A DNA stretch of 64,000 nt from Callorhinchus milii (GCF_018977255.1 NW_024704742.1:122266001-122330000); one strand, 5' to 3'. Shown: positions 35,771 to 49,800, numbered from the stretch's first letter. Made by a program: numbers and translations. Notes: generated by a model from the sequence alone, not told the origin.

Positions 35771-38270
35771 ATATGGGAGGTAATTAGAGTTAGGTCTGAA
35801 GATCAGCCATGATCTTATCAAATGGCAGGGCAGGCTCGAGGGTCCGAATGGCCTACTCCTGCTCTTAATTCTTATGTTCTTATGTATCACTGTAGATTGC
35901 AGAAGTACAATGCAGCTGAAATGAGAACGAACATGTTGTTCTTGGAACTCAAGTGGTCTTAGAAAATTCAATTAAGTTATTAAAAATTACGATTCTCTAG
36001 TTAATAAATGGCCAAATATTCATTCTCCTCACAACCACTTACTGAGTGAACCACTCCCTGGAGCTAGATTAGCCATGATAGTCAAACAAATAAGCATACA
36101 CAATACACAGGCAATACACTTTACAGTAAATCACTTTAAGGTGAAGAAAGATACAGTGAAGCAAGTGTGTTGAGATGTTCTCCCGACATGAAAGGTGCCA
36201 AATCAAAATCAAGATTATTTATTATTATTATTATAAGATACCGTTTAAAACTAACTTTTTTCATTTAACAAACTACTACATATAAAATTAATTAATGTAT
36301 AACTAATTAAGACATAACACTTGATTATGCAGAAGTGAAATTTACGAATGGATGAAACAAGTTCAAAATTCCAAATGATGTAGAACTTCATCTCATTCAA
36401 TACCTTGGATTTCTATGGAATAGAAAATTCTCGAGAAGTATGATGGGTGGTTTAATTTTATTGAAGTGTTTGTGTTACTGATAGTGTGAGGACTGTGCGC
36501 ATGAAGAGGGCTGGCTGGTTGAGCTGAAATTGATAAGCAATTCACTAGAAAAGGTGTAATGTAACTTAATCCTTAAGCTTTTTACGTCGGCAGAGATTAT
36601 GTTCTGACCTTTAGCATTATACACTGCATACTAGCGATTTAAGGAGTTTCAAAGCATTATGCCCTCAGTTGTACTTTGTAGGTAGCACAACCTGATTTTA
36701 TATATTACTCCTTAGTGGGATTGTGCTATGCCACTCACAACTACCATCAATCTCCTCACATCACTATACCTGGTCTCATCATGCTGGTTACTCATTCCCA
36801 TTTTAATTTCAGAATTGTAGATCAGATCGCATTACCTGTGTTATTCTATATTAAATACTGGATTCTGGCAATTATTGTTCAATGCTGTAACAATAATAGT
36901 AATAATTATCTTTGCATTTGATATAGCGCCTTATCATGTTGTGGAGACGTCTCAAAGATAGATGGATGTCCCTTTGTTCTCGTGGTTGTTGATGGCACCA
37001 GAACCGCCTGAGTAGTTACATCCTTGTAGCTCCCACCATAGTTTCCATTATTTTAATAGTGATTGGTTTAGTACCTGTGATCATTGGATTGTTAGATCAG
37101 TAGAAATAATCAAGATCGCTGTCCTTTCTGTTGTGCTATCAGTAGTTTTTAAGAAAGTTATTTAATGTTGAATTTACATGTCTACCATCAAAACCAAATT
37201 GTTTATATTAAATATATACAGTGTATAAATGTTTATTTTATTAAACACTGAAAAGCTCTTTTGGTTAAAGAACTCTGTCACTACAAATAGCATTTCCAAT
37301 ATCTGCCAACCCGACACATCAGAGACGTTGGTAAATGTCTGTTAAAGTAGCTGGATGATTTCAAACATTGATGCATCACAACAAATATTTTACACTCAAA
37401 CATTTGGAGCTTTTCAAAGACCTACAAAGGAGGATTTCAATATATCATGCAGTAATCCGCTTCTCAGACCAAGTTAAAAAGGGATGACTGGCTGAAAAAG
37501 CATGTCCTAATTGGAAGAAATAAAGGGACTAACCCTGAGACTGTAATGATTGTGTGCCTTGCACAAGTGTTGCAAGATCGTATTGGAACAAATCTCCAAA
37601 ATGTAACTGTTTTCTATTTGTTTGTATGAAATGTTAACCCATCAGAGGGTCCCAACGCCCTCCAAATGAGAGATCACGATGCTGCTCCACCGGGTTGAAT
37701 TTCTTGTAAGTCACGTATTAATAAAAGTTTGCCTGGTTTTATTCCCCATTGTCTGTTCACAATGTGCCTGTGAGATTTATTGATGTCTAGAGACCTGGCA
37801 TTTTGCATGTAACAAGATCCTTTTAAAATCAGGTCTCCCCTGGCCTGGTGCTTAAAGTTGCAAAATGTTCTAATAACTCTTGTGTGGGAGAACAGTTTTA
37901 ATTGGTCCAAAGTCTACAGACTCTCAAATGGTGTGTATAAAAATGAAGACTATCGACAATTAACAAATTGCAATTTAATAAAAAAGTAAAACTAGACAAA
38001 AATACAAAATTGCTAATTACCAAACTCTATCATCAGAAATAAGTCACAAGAAAACAATTGCAGCTTTAAGTGAATGTACAGATATTTTTAGTAACCATTT
38101 CTCTTGGCCAACATAGGCAGTGTTTCTTTAATAGCCCAAATCTAAGCAAACAAAGTTGTTCACACATCAAGGCTTTCCAGTGAGGATTCAAATGAGCATT
38201 TAAACAGTAGGTTTTTGAAGGCTAATTAACATGGTTTAAAAAGATTTGTTTATGATGTATTGTCCCCTCT

Positions 38271-38292
38271 CCCCCCCCCCCCCCCCCCCCCC
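38271..38292. repeat. C22 homopolymer (a second run, C20, at 38837-38856)
   Basis: Direct count. Confidence 0.95.
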
Positions 38293-38954
38293 GGAGATGA
38301 AACATAAATACTTCTTGGAGTTCTGTATCAAGGTAGGGGCTGCCCATTTTTCATTCTTCCCATCCTGAGCAGAAAGATGTTTGAATAGACTTTTATTACA
38401 TTTTAGGTTGAATAAGCCTTGACTACAATGTTTATTTGTGTGTCTGTGTGTTGGGTGGGGGGGGGGTCAACAAGTGAGCAAGGTGAGCATGATTTGGAAA
38501 GAAAATTACACTAACAAATTGCTCCGAAAGGTCAGATATCCAAAGTAGCCTCAACACATATGGTAAGGCGTTACATCCACCCCAGTGAGACCTACAGCTT
38601 CTGTATCCTTGTTTTGCAACTATGCTGAGAAAAGGACAAGGCCCCATTTTGGGCATTAAACAATCACAGCTTCTGACACAGCTACCCTGACTCTGCCCAA
38701 AGCAGAGGGGAGGGGGGAGCACTGTCCACTGATTAATGAGCTGTAATGAACTTGGCATTGCTTGTTTGTAATGACAAAATCTTATTCCAAGTGACAAACA
38801 TATTTACAACAACTTGTGAAAAGTTCACAATAGCCTCCCCCCCCCCCCCCCCCCCCGTGCCTTCACTCCAAATCCAAAGTAATGCTCTTATTTTATCAGT
38901 GTGACATTTTGTATTTCAGACCAGTTGAACTTATTTTTTGCAGAATATTGTCCT

Positions 38955-39280
38955 CTGATCACAGCATCAAACTATTTTTAAATGAATCCAGTGTCCTCGC
39001 CTCAACCACCCTAGCAAGTAATTGGTTCCAGTTATTAATTACCCTCTAGATAAAGAAATACTTCTGGGTATCAATCCTGAAATTGCTCTTTACAACTCTT
39101 AAACTTACATCTTTTTGTTTGCTGTTTAACTAAATACAGTATTGTTCTGAATTTACTTTCCTAATTAGTTTAAAATCTTGCATTCTTCTATAACACCCAT
39201 TTAGAGACACCTCCTTTCAAAACTGAAATCCCGTACGCCTAATTGTTGCTTGTGGCTCATTCCTCTAACACTGGGACTGC
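38955..39280 (-). mobile_element. Old CR1 3' fragment
   Basis: The reverse complement resembles 30830-31110 and 3420-3680. Confidence 0.6.
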
Positions 39281-40675
39281 AGCCTAATTATACAGATCAA
39301 TGGTATGAATTGCGTTGAATTAATGGCTTTAATCCTGAGTTGTTTAGGCACGAGAGATTAAAAGTAAATAAAACCGCCCACAAGGTTTTAACTCAATGTC
39401 TCCTTTATTTGGTTGGCAGAGCTCAAAAACCCATAAACTATTTCTTTGTAACTTCTGACCACAATCAGTCAGTGCAATATGGTTACTGCAGAGTGGCCCA
39501 GTTTGTCTCTAATCCTGCTTTACTTAACACACAGAGCAAAGTCAAACACTGGTTGCTATTCCTAATACACTTCACAACCGTGCCTTTGGGACATAGGAAA
39601 ACGGGAATAAAATAAGGCATTTAACCAAGTGAGCTTATTCCACTATTTTTGGACCTTGACAGATCTTTTAATCCTGATGTCCTGTCATTTCTTCATACGC
39701 TTTAATACATATTCTACCCAAAAATCTGTCTATCCAAACATTCCTACTGATTTGCCTTTACAACTTTCTGGGACAGAGCCTGTTCCCAACCCTCTGTGAA
39801 AAACCGTATTTCTTTCCTGTCCTCAGTTCTAATTGTCCATGTTCTGAGTTTAAGCCTATATTCCTTGTAGGTGGATATTCTTGATGCACTTAACCAAGGC
39901 TCCCATCCTAATATACTTGAATCAACTATTTCTATGATGCCAAACATGCTAGCTCTTCAATCTGTCTTCTATGAAAATCAGGTTTTCGCTTTTTTGAAAC
40001 ACACTGGCAAGCCTTTAGCAACAATTGGGTGGGGAACAATGAGAGGCAGAGCTTGATAAGCACTATATCGACAAGCCACTAAAGGCTTGGATGTACATTA
40101 AAGGAATGGGTTTAAATGGTTATAACTGTTTCAGATGATTACTTTGAGATCTGTAACATTACTGTTGCCCACTTGAAGCCTTATTGAATTGTATGGTGTC
40201 TATTGAATTAAGCCTTTGTTGGCCAATGAAATATAAATCAGTGAAGAAAACAAACAACACTGAAGTATCTAACCTGCATTGACAATGGAAATGGAAATAC
40301 TCTCTGTAGGAAGCTTGAAATCACCATTCCTTCTTTAGTTTGGACAGATGTCTGTTAATACAAATGAATGCTACAATTTCCAAATGGCATTCCTGAACTA
40401 AAGAAATTAACCAACATTAGCATAAAAGGCTATTAATTGTATGAGTTAACTGTAACCCAACACCAAAAGACATTACCTGTGTTGGTGCTGTTTTGGTGAT
40501 AGCTTGCACATGTATTTGTTTTAGTGCAATTGAACCCTGTTTACCTGGTTGGGAGTCCCTCAGACTGAAAATACAAAGGAAATCTTTGCTGAATTGTATA
40601 ATGCTGTTGTATAAATGGCATCTGGGACCATAAAAACTTTCAAGCGATCACTTCCTTGGCTAAGCTTATGGTATT

Positions 40676-40971
40676 GAGTCCTGTAGCTCAGTAGTTGGAG
40701 CACTCGCTTTGCAAGCGAGAGACCTGGGTTCGATTCCCGGCAGGGTGAAACCTTCGGCAAGTTTTCTTACTCCACACGCTTGATGATAATCCCTGAAAAA
40801 AAAATTGGTCATTTCAATCCACAACTGTTTGTGGGACCCTGCTGTGCGCAATTGGCTGCCACATTTCGTCCACAAATATACAGTCAATTCACTTTACAGT
40901 CTATTCTGTGAAGCACTTTGAGAACATCTAGAAGACGTGAAAAGTAATATATCAAATGCAAGGATTATTAT
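40676..40971 (+). mobile_element. tRNA-derived SINE, full length, more diverged
   Basis: Head with GGTTCGATTCCC B box, family body and tail. Confidence 0.9.
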
Positions 40972-42515
40972 AACTCTTACAGTACAATGGAGAGAATGTT
41001 TTTTTTTCCCCCTGATGTTTCTCAATTTGTTCACCAAGTGCTGGGAGTTTTTGGGAGATTACTGGTAGTTTGGTAAACCAGGACAACTGGTGTTTGGTAC
41101 ACCAAGGTCTGCTGCAGTGAATACATTGACTATCTCAGGTTTAATTGTGCATGACATAACTATTAACCTTATGTACTGGGACTGAGATAGATTCTTGTAT
41201 GGATAAAAATCGAGATGGTATGGAGATTGGTGCGTATTAAGTAAAAACAGAAAATGCTGAGCATTCAAAAGATAAAGATAGTTTAGTTTAACATTGTGGG
41301 AATAACATAATCAAAACGAGGGGATTTGAACAAGAATAATACAGGTTAAGAGACTTTTCTCTTTCAGATCTGACTGACCCACTGTGTGTTAACATAGTTT
41401 GTTTTTATTTTACACGCACAAATTTCTCAACACGAGATCAAAAACTGGAAAAGTCCAGAGAAACTGATGCCATTAGTCCACAGTACTCACAGGGCTAAAG
41501 GGACCTCTTCCTCCACTCCCCACGCCCCTTCTTAAACCCTTTAATTATTGATTCACGCCAAAACCAGGTTTGCATGTGACAGCAAACGCATGACAGTGTG
41601 GTTTTCCTTGAAGAAGCACTACTGTAGCACCACACATTTCACTGAACACATAGTTTTCTCTTGGTTACAACAATAATGGTGTCTTGCATCGTGTTTTTGT
41701 TGTTGCTAAAACTTATCCTAGTACTCTACAAATTGAAAAGTTTATTTTAAAAAATACAAACACACCATCAGTGCTCCTTTTACAAAAAAACAAATACAAA
41801 GAATTAACATTGTTGTTTTGTTTTCTCTCCCGATTTTTTTTATTGAATGTTTTTGGTCAAGCTGGGAGAGTGATGATGGTTCTGTCATTCAGTAGATCAG
41901 GGACCAAAGCAGCATGGACAGATGGTAGTGACTCTCCATTTACCATTAAACCTTCATTCTCCAATTTTGATTGTGAGTGTTAATTCTGTGCCTCACACTG
42001 TTAGGAGCATTTGTATTCACTGTTTCCAGAAAATATTACGATTAAAACGTTGGTGAAATATAAGACAAATAACACGGATTATTAAAAAAAATATTTAGTG
42101 GTAAATGCCGAGAGTGAATGCAGTTTCCAAAACACAGGTAAACAGAACATAATTTCAGTCAATCGCAGCAAAACAGACTTTACTTTGCAAAATAAAACTG
42201 TGTGGAACAGTAATAGACAGGGCATGTCCAACTACAGCAAGCAAGACAAAGGAAATATAGTGCATATCTCAGTGTTCGGCGATGGGAAACTGACAAGCCA
42301 AAAAGTGATTTTACGTAGAGATTCAAAAGATATTAACATCAATAATTCTTTGTAATTTTAAAGGAATACTGATGGTGGTGTGCCTCCTTTGCAGTATTTA
42401 ACCGCGAGTAATAAAGAGATGGTTTTCCATTCCTTTCTCCCCTTTACTACCCAAATCGATAAGTGTATCACTTGTCTGCTTGAGATTTGTTTGATGACTC
42501 TGTCCCTGTTGATAG

Positions 42516-42587
42516 GATAAATCGCCATCAGAGACCCGGTTTGGTTTCAAGGAGATCAGAACCAGTGCTTACATTGGCTGTAGGAAA
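42516..42587 (+). CDS. Candidate PDE4D cassette exon, 72 nt, phase 2-2 (unverified)
   Basis: CTCTGTCCCTGTTGATAG acceptor and AA|GTAAGT donor. Stop-free in the PDE4D frame: (M)INRHQRPGLVSRRSEPVLTLAVG(N). Confidence 0.4.
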
Positions 42588-43505
42588 GTAAGTGACTGCA
42601 GTAGCTGCTCCTTACCATAACTATTAACAACCAAATCTAGACAATTCCCCTAGAACTATTACTGTGGTGTTTAACTGATTGCTTCTATAGTACTTTGCTC
42701 ACAAGTAACAAGAAAATAAACAAACAATTTGGATATTTGTGTTAGTCTTCCCTCGTTCTCAGTTTATTATCTTATTTTTTAGACATTTCACATTGTTTAA
42801 AGTGGGAAGAAATTAGTCACATGGCTTTTGTACATTAACATTGCAAAGTGTTTGTGAAATTCATTGCCTCTTTCTAAAGCAACGGCTCAAAGTGGCCCCG
42901 ATAATAACTTTTTTATTTTCTAATCTGAAATATGTCTCTCTTCAAATTTTCCCTCAATTAAGTCACCAAAAATATTATTTTATGTATTTTGTGCAAGTTA
43001 TTACAAAAAGGAGGGGAGTATTAAAACTGACACATCTATTGGACCTCTTCTAAACATTCCCCATTTCAGCATGGTCTGAATGTGCAGGTAGCATCTACAG
43101 GCATTTTTATAGCTCTAGCCCAGCGACTCTGCAAACGAGCCAGTAGGGGGCACTGTGGTGGAACCTGCCGCATTGTCATCTCTTATTGGCTAAACATTTC
43201 ACTATCTGGTGATGATCTGACCCATCAAATCATTCAGTGGTCATTCCTTATTTGTACAGCAAAATGAGACTCTGTGTATATATGGAGGAAAGGAGAGAAG
43301 AGGTCTGAGTGCGCACACACACACACACATACATAGAGGCATTTTACAGGACAAACACTAAACAGCATTCAGGAACTAGACTCTGCCCTGAATTCCCTTT
43401 TTGGTAGCCCAGCGGCACTGAGGCCAATTATAGTGATCCTATTGTGCCTTTGCAGTGGATCAGATTAAGTTTCCCAACTCAGCCTGGGGATTCCAGATTG
43501 GCTCC

Positions 43506-43757
43506 TTTTTTTGTTGAAAAGCCGGGTGTCTGACACACGCGGAAACCCATCACTGTGCTTAAGAGTATCCAAACTAAACTAAGAGCTTCATGCATCCCAC
43601 TGACATGTGGAAATTCCAGAACTATTTATTGGAAAGGAATGTGCACTCTCCCTGGAGGGACACATCCTGCTTACCTAATTCCTGGAGCGTGTGAGGTGCA
43701 GGTTGGCAAGAGCCAAGGCTTGAGGCACTGCTGGAATCTAACCAGCTAACTTGCTCC
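43506..43757 (-). repeat. Unidentified interspersed repeat, copy 2
   Basis: Aligns by eye with 26420-26675 and begins with a T-tract followed by AGCCGGGTGTCTGACAC. Confidence 0.85.
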
Positions 43758-44579
43758 TTTATGTTCTGTGACTCAGTTCCACAGTATGTGGTGCCTGTAA
43801 CCACCTGAGCTCAGAATGGGCACATATCCCAGTCAGATATCAGCAAGAGAGGCGCCAACCATATCTTTATTGGTGAAGGAGAAAAGCTGATTGTTATTTC
43901 CGTTACTGGGGCATCCTTCACGGGTTCAGAACCATTCACCCCAGTGTAATTGATGTCCCTTTTTTGTGTAGGAAACAAATGGAAAAAAATGTTTACCAGA
44001 TACTTTTCCATGGAAGTGGCACCTTTTTAAAATAACGTCCTCCCCACAGAAAGATACACTTAAATAGAACAACTTAATCCTAGAGATATGGATTACGTTC
44101 CCAAATCCAAGCGTGGCAGATTTGGCGCTAATCTTTCATGCCAACACCAAATTCCAGCTATTGATTTTTATTCTGAGTGTCAGAAATCTCCATTTACTCC
44201 TTCCTGGTTAACAAAAAGCCTTGCGACTAATCCGTAGATAGAAGTGTGTGTTGTGGTGAAGTTTGTAAACTAGACATTTTCTCTGATGTCTCTCCCATTA
44301 TTTATTTTACAGAGAGAATAATGGGTGAGTGAGATTGATTGCAAACCAATAATTTCTTTGGTTTATTCTCACCTAAAACCTACAATGAGATTATTTCAGT
44401 GCAATCTCCCAACCTGTGATTTTTTACAATGTGCATAAGCAACACTGCTTTTAAGCATGAATTCAGCCCTGTTTTTCCTGTGTTGGACAGGAATATACAA
44501 ACAGGAGAAGGCCGTTCAGCCTGGCAAATTTCTAAAGCCAGTTTATTAGATCATGGCAGATCTTTTATTAGATCATGGC

Positions 44580-45304
44580 AGTCCAGAATCTTGGTGCCTT
44601 GTTCAACCCTCAACTATCCTTTCTTCCCCACATCTGTGCCATGTCCCGCTCTGCCTTCCCCCACCTCCGCAACATTGCCCGGCTCCAACACTGTCTCACA
44701 CCGCAGGCCGCGGAAACCCTCATACATGCCTTCATTACATCAAGGCTCGACTATGCAAACTCACTGCTTGTCGGCCTCCCCAACTCCTCCCTCCACAGGC
44801 TGCAGATTATCCAGAACTCTGCAGCCCATGTCCTCTCCCGCACTGGACTCTGCGACCCTATCACCCCCATCCTTGCCCAACTCCACTGGCTTCCCATCAC
44901 ACAGAAGATACAGTTCAATATCCTGGTCCTCACCTTCAAAGCCCTTCATGGTATTGCTCCCCCCTACCTCTCTGATCTCCTAACCCCCTACCATTCTGTT
45001 CACTCCCTCTGCTCAACTCTGTCCCCCGCCTTGCTCGCCCCACTTATCGGCAGGTGGGCCTTCCGCCACTCTGCACCCACCCTCTGGAACTCCATTCACA
45101 GTCCCTCCGGCTCGCCCCCTCCCTTGCCTCCTTCAAAACCCACCTCAAGACCCTCCTCTTCGACCGTGCTTTCGATCTCCCTGCTTCCCCCCTTACCCTC
45201 CCCCACCCTGACCCTCAGCTCGGGTCTGAAACTCTGTCCAGCGCCTTGGATGTCCTCCCGACTTGAAAGGCACTATATAAATGTAATTTTGTTTTTATTG
45301 TTTT
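44580..45304 (+). mobile_element. L2 LINE 3' fragment
   Basis: ORF VQNLGALF...AAETLIHAFITSRLDYANSLL...LHWLPI, followed by the stem-loop tail. Confidence 0.93.
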
Positions 45305-48234
45305 AATCCCATTTCCCTGTCTTTTCCACATATCCTTTAATATGTTTCCTTGCCATGTATCCAGTTATCTTCCTTTTAAACATCCCAATTGATTCGCCTC
45401 AACAGTCTTCTGAGGCAGTGTGTTCACATTTCCACAACCCTTCTGTGTGAAGAAATGTCATTTGATCTCACTTCAAACCACCCCAGCTCTATAGTTAAAA
45501 TTAATTTTCTTTACTGTGTATTTCTCTGGCTGAAAAATGAGTCTGTATAATTGCAATTCCCTTCATTATTTTATGAACGTCACCTGACATTGGCATCATG
45601 GTCTGGCATCAATAGCCAAGATATCCCATGCACTTAACCTGTGATCAGTTCCTTTCTGAACAGTTAAATTGTGGCATAATCCCTACAGTAGGTGAAGAGT
45701 TGATTGTGGAGCCAATTATTATAGCATAGCAATGCTCCGTACATTATTTTATTGTTTTTTCACACAACGGGTTATTGGAACTTGGAACAGCTGCAAAATG
45801 GCTTGAAAGAGATAAATATGTATGGATAAATATTTGAAGAGGAGCAACATGAAAGGGAACGGAGAGAGAGAGAAAGTAGGGAAGTGTGGTCAGATATCTC
45901 CAGTGGAGGAGTTGGCCATAGACTCAGTGGGCTGAAGAGCCTCCTTATGTGCTGTAATATTTGTGAATCTACAGTTCAATCTTTGCTGTAAAATGCGTTA
46001 CTTTTCTTGTAAAAGGAGGAATCCAGAAAGAGACTGAGTGTACCCGCCTGCCCTGTGTAAAGATTTTGGATGGCAGCAGTGTCATAAGCATTGCTGCACT
46101 GAGTGAAAATAAAACTTAAGTGACCATTTTTACTCTCATTTCAAAACAAGAGTGTAGCCACGCATGCGATGATGTACAATTGGGATGATGCTAAAAGTAA
46201 CTATATTTTCAGCCCTTTTCTCTGCCAACACCAAGCGCAGTTGCAGAACATAACCAGTTTGGTGCCCGGAAAAGGGCTATGGTTGTGTTGTTTTCTCTCC
46301 AATAGTAAAGCGAAGAAAGAAATATGGGGATGAAAAAGAAGAGCAAACAAGTGAAAACTCGAACAAATAAATCATCAAGAGAGAAGCATACAAAATAAAG
46401 GACCACTACCTCTAGCCACAATCACAGATGGAGTCCCCTGGTAACATTGGAAGTCTGTTGCATTCACTTGTGTGCATTCTGTATGATCTTCTTGTTGAAG
46501 TAGCAGTAATCCAACATTGCTTCCTACTGTAGAGTGAGGTTAGCTGTGAATTTGGTGTTGATTTTGATCAGAATTTTACCTCTGGAGAAAGCACATTGGC
46601 AAAGCACTTCCTACTAAGGAGGACATTTTACTGCAAGAAAAAAGTAGACTTTCTGGAAAAATCGTCAACTTTTCTCTGGAATACAGATACTTCGAAACAC
46701 TTTTGGCAGAATGGAGCTGTGGGAGAGAGTCTAAAGAAAGTTTAACAGCCAATGGAGTTATTTTTTGGATAAGCTGTTAAACTGTGGACCCATCTACCTA
46801 TTTTCAAATGGACATTAAAGATTCCATGATCCTGTTCATAGAGAAAAGTGGTTTCTTCTTGTGTGCTGGCCAATAATCCTCCAGATTAATTGTTCATTCA
46901 CTTCAATTGTTTGAAGGAGCTTGCTGGTATTTTTGGCTGGTGGAATTACCAACAAAAACACAGTCACTACATTGACATAATTATTTGTCAAGATTTGTGA
47001 GATGTATAGCCATGATAAGGTGCTCTAAAAATGCAACCTCTTGCTTTATCAGCAGCAAATGGACAAAGCATGGAGGTACATTGCTTATGTCCTTGCAAAC
47101 ACATCAAACAGCTTGTTTGTGAAATGCTGTCTTCATCACGTACAGCCACTGAGAAAGTCCATTATGATTCTCGGTGCAATGGGCCTGTGAAATGGATTCA
47201 GCGTGGGAAAGGAGAAATCACATACCACAACAAGTCTTTGTACAAATATTTATCCGTTTATCCACTTATTGGAAAATGAGTGGGTTTTATGGGTTTTGCA
47301 GTATTTGAAAATGACAGAAAAGATGCGACATCTCATTTCCTACAGAAGATTTGGTCGTATGGCTAGACAATATGTTTTCCCTAACTGGGTAAAGTAGGAA
47401 CACTTGGTAGTAAGTGGGATATTACCCCTCTACAGTAATAGGCACAAAATGTGTTGAATTAATGGCACATCTTAAATTGATAATATTAATGTCTATTAAT
47501 GATTAATTAATTAATTAATTATATTAATTCTCAGCGAAATAGCTGAGCAGTTGTACCCAACAATAGTGCCCCTATTTAAGACAAGAGGCATTGGAGGGTA
47601 TTCTTGAGTGTTGTGTAGCAGAAAACTATGTATTTTTATATTGGATGTGAATGTTTGGACAGCTGTACATTGAATGTTTTTCTGATTCCCCCAAAAATGT
47701 GACACTTTCACTGGCTCATTACGTTAAAATGTCCGATGTCAAAACAATCCAATGAAAATGCAAGTCTGAACCATCTGGCTGGCAGGTGACATCTGCTTTT
47801 GTTTATTTGTGTCACTTTTAATTTGTTTCCCTTTGAATTGCTTCTTTTATCAACGTTATGCATGGACAACCACACACCACAATGGGAAATGACAGACAGA
47901 GAGAAAACCAAGTGAATAACTACAGGTTAATGGTGTGTGGAGAGCAACCTGTTCAGAGTTAGATCAATGAATTGACAATAAAATTTTACTAGTATAGAAT
48001 AACACTAATACTGTAGTATAGTATAAGTCCTGAACAGCAAGAGGTGTTTCAGGGATTGGATAGTTCTTTGAGGCATTATCCTTTTGCCTTTAGGACCAGA
48101 GTTTCAGTTTGGTTTAGAGTGATAGACCAAGAGGATTCTCTGTCTCGCTTTCTGGTGTTTGCAGAGGTCCTAAATGGGAGGAATTGGAACCGACTGAGCT
48201 CTGTTCCCAGTGGATCCAAGTCAATGGTACATTT

Positions 48235-48572
48235 TAGGTTTGATTCCTGGGTGGAGCAAAATATTAGGCAAGTTTCCTTACTCCACAAGCCTCTGTTCAC
48301 CTAGCAGTAAGTAGGAACCTGATTGTTAGTCGATTGGTGGGTCGCTTTTCCGGGGGTAATAATCCCTTCTAAAAGAAATGTTTGTTTAAAAAAATAAACA
48401 TAATAATTTGGTCACTCAATCCACTACTGTTTGTGGGACACTGCTGTGTGCAATTGGCTGTTTTGTTTCGCCCACAAAATATACAGTCAATTCAGTTTAC
48501 AGTATAATGTGTGAAACGCTTGGGTCGTCTCGAAGATGTGATATATCAAATGCAAGGATTGTTATTATTATT
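48235..48572 (+). mobile_element. SINE, long subfamily with extended CORE-like segment
   Basis: GGCAAGTTTCCTTACTCCACAAGCCTCTGTTCACCTAGCAGTAAGTAGG, then family body and tail. Confidence 0.8.
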
Positions 48573-48636
48573 TCACAATTGGCACCAAATTGACAGTCGA
48601 ACTTTAGGTTAGTTGGTATGAGAGATGGAAGATTTC

Positions 48637-48960
48637 GTGGAGTCCTGTAGCTCATTGGTTAGAGCACTCGCTTTGCAAGTGAGTTCAGTTCCAGGCAGGG
48701 CAAAACCTTGGGCAAGTTTCCTTACACCACACAGAGCCTAATAATAATCCCTCCAAAACCAAAAACAATAATAAATCAGTCATTTTCAATCTACGACTAT
48801 TTGTGGGACACTGCTGTGCGCAATTGGCTGCCGCGTTCGCCCACAAATATACAGTCAATTCACTTTACAGTGTGTTCTGTGAAGTGCTTTGGGACGTCCT
48901 CCCGACGTGAAAAGCGCTATATCAAAGGCAAGGATTATTATTATTATTATTATTATTATT
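48637..48960 (+). mobile_element. Young tRNA-derived SINE
   Basis: Family match with a small deletion in the head. Confidence 0.92.
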
Positions 48961-49239
48961 TACTGATGCAGTCAAAGTTTGTCATTGGGGAATATTAAAA
49001 AGGGACTCTTCCATTCCCCTGATGCTGCCAGGCCTTAATGAGCTGAAAATACTTATCCCAAATTAAACTGAACAGAAAGAAAACAAATTACTGCACTGAT
49101 TGAACAGTAACTTCCTAGGGACAGATTGTGGGTAGAGCACTGGTAGACCTTTCAGACATCTTCCAGGCTCAGCTTGGATTTTGCTCTGAAGGTTTCATAT
49201 TGAACTCCTGTGAGATTTGCACTGAGGAAAGCGAAATTG

Positions 49240-49800
49240 GATAATAATAATAATCCTTGCATTTGGTATAGCACCTTATCAAGTCGTTGAGACATCTCAA
49301 AGAGCATTGCAAAATATACTTTAAAGTGAATTGACTGTATATTTTGTGGGTGAAACGCAGCAGTGTCCCACAAACAGTCGTGGGTTGAGTGACCAAATTA
49401 TTATTATTATTTATTATCTATTATGCTGCCCAATAAAATAAAATTAAAACTATGTTTAAATTTGATATAGCGCCTTTCAAATAAGGGAGAACCTTCAAGA
49501 CACTAAACGCAATTTTAATAAATAGTGTAGTGACTGTGCATTTTGTAACCAAAATTTGGCAACTAATTTGGGCACACCAATGTCCCACAGACAGCGATGA
49601 AGTGAATGACCAATTTTATTTGGGAGATTAATGGCCAGGACACCAGGAGAAACTCCTCTTTGAATATTGCCATGGGATCTTTATTATCCACCTGAACGGG
49701 CACATACGGGACCTCGGTTTAATGTCTGTGAGTTCAACTTCCCAACTTGGGGCTTAAACCTACAACCTTTTAACCCAGAGGCGAGAGTGCTGCCAGTTGA
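49240..49800 (-). mobile_element. SINE 3' half (49240-49410) plus old Deu SINE (49450-49800)
   Basis: Reverse complements of the family tail and of the Deu motif (GATCCCATGGC). Confidence 0.75.

Larger units (their letters stand above)
31390..35885 (+). mobile_element. Near full-length CR1 LINE (decayed)
   Basis: 5' region, ORF1, ORF2 and a 3' UTR ending CCTACTCCTGCTCTTAATTCTTATGTTCTTATGT. The 5' boundary is uncertain. Confidence 0.93.
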
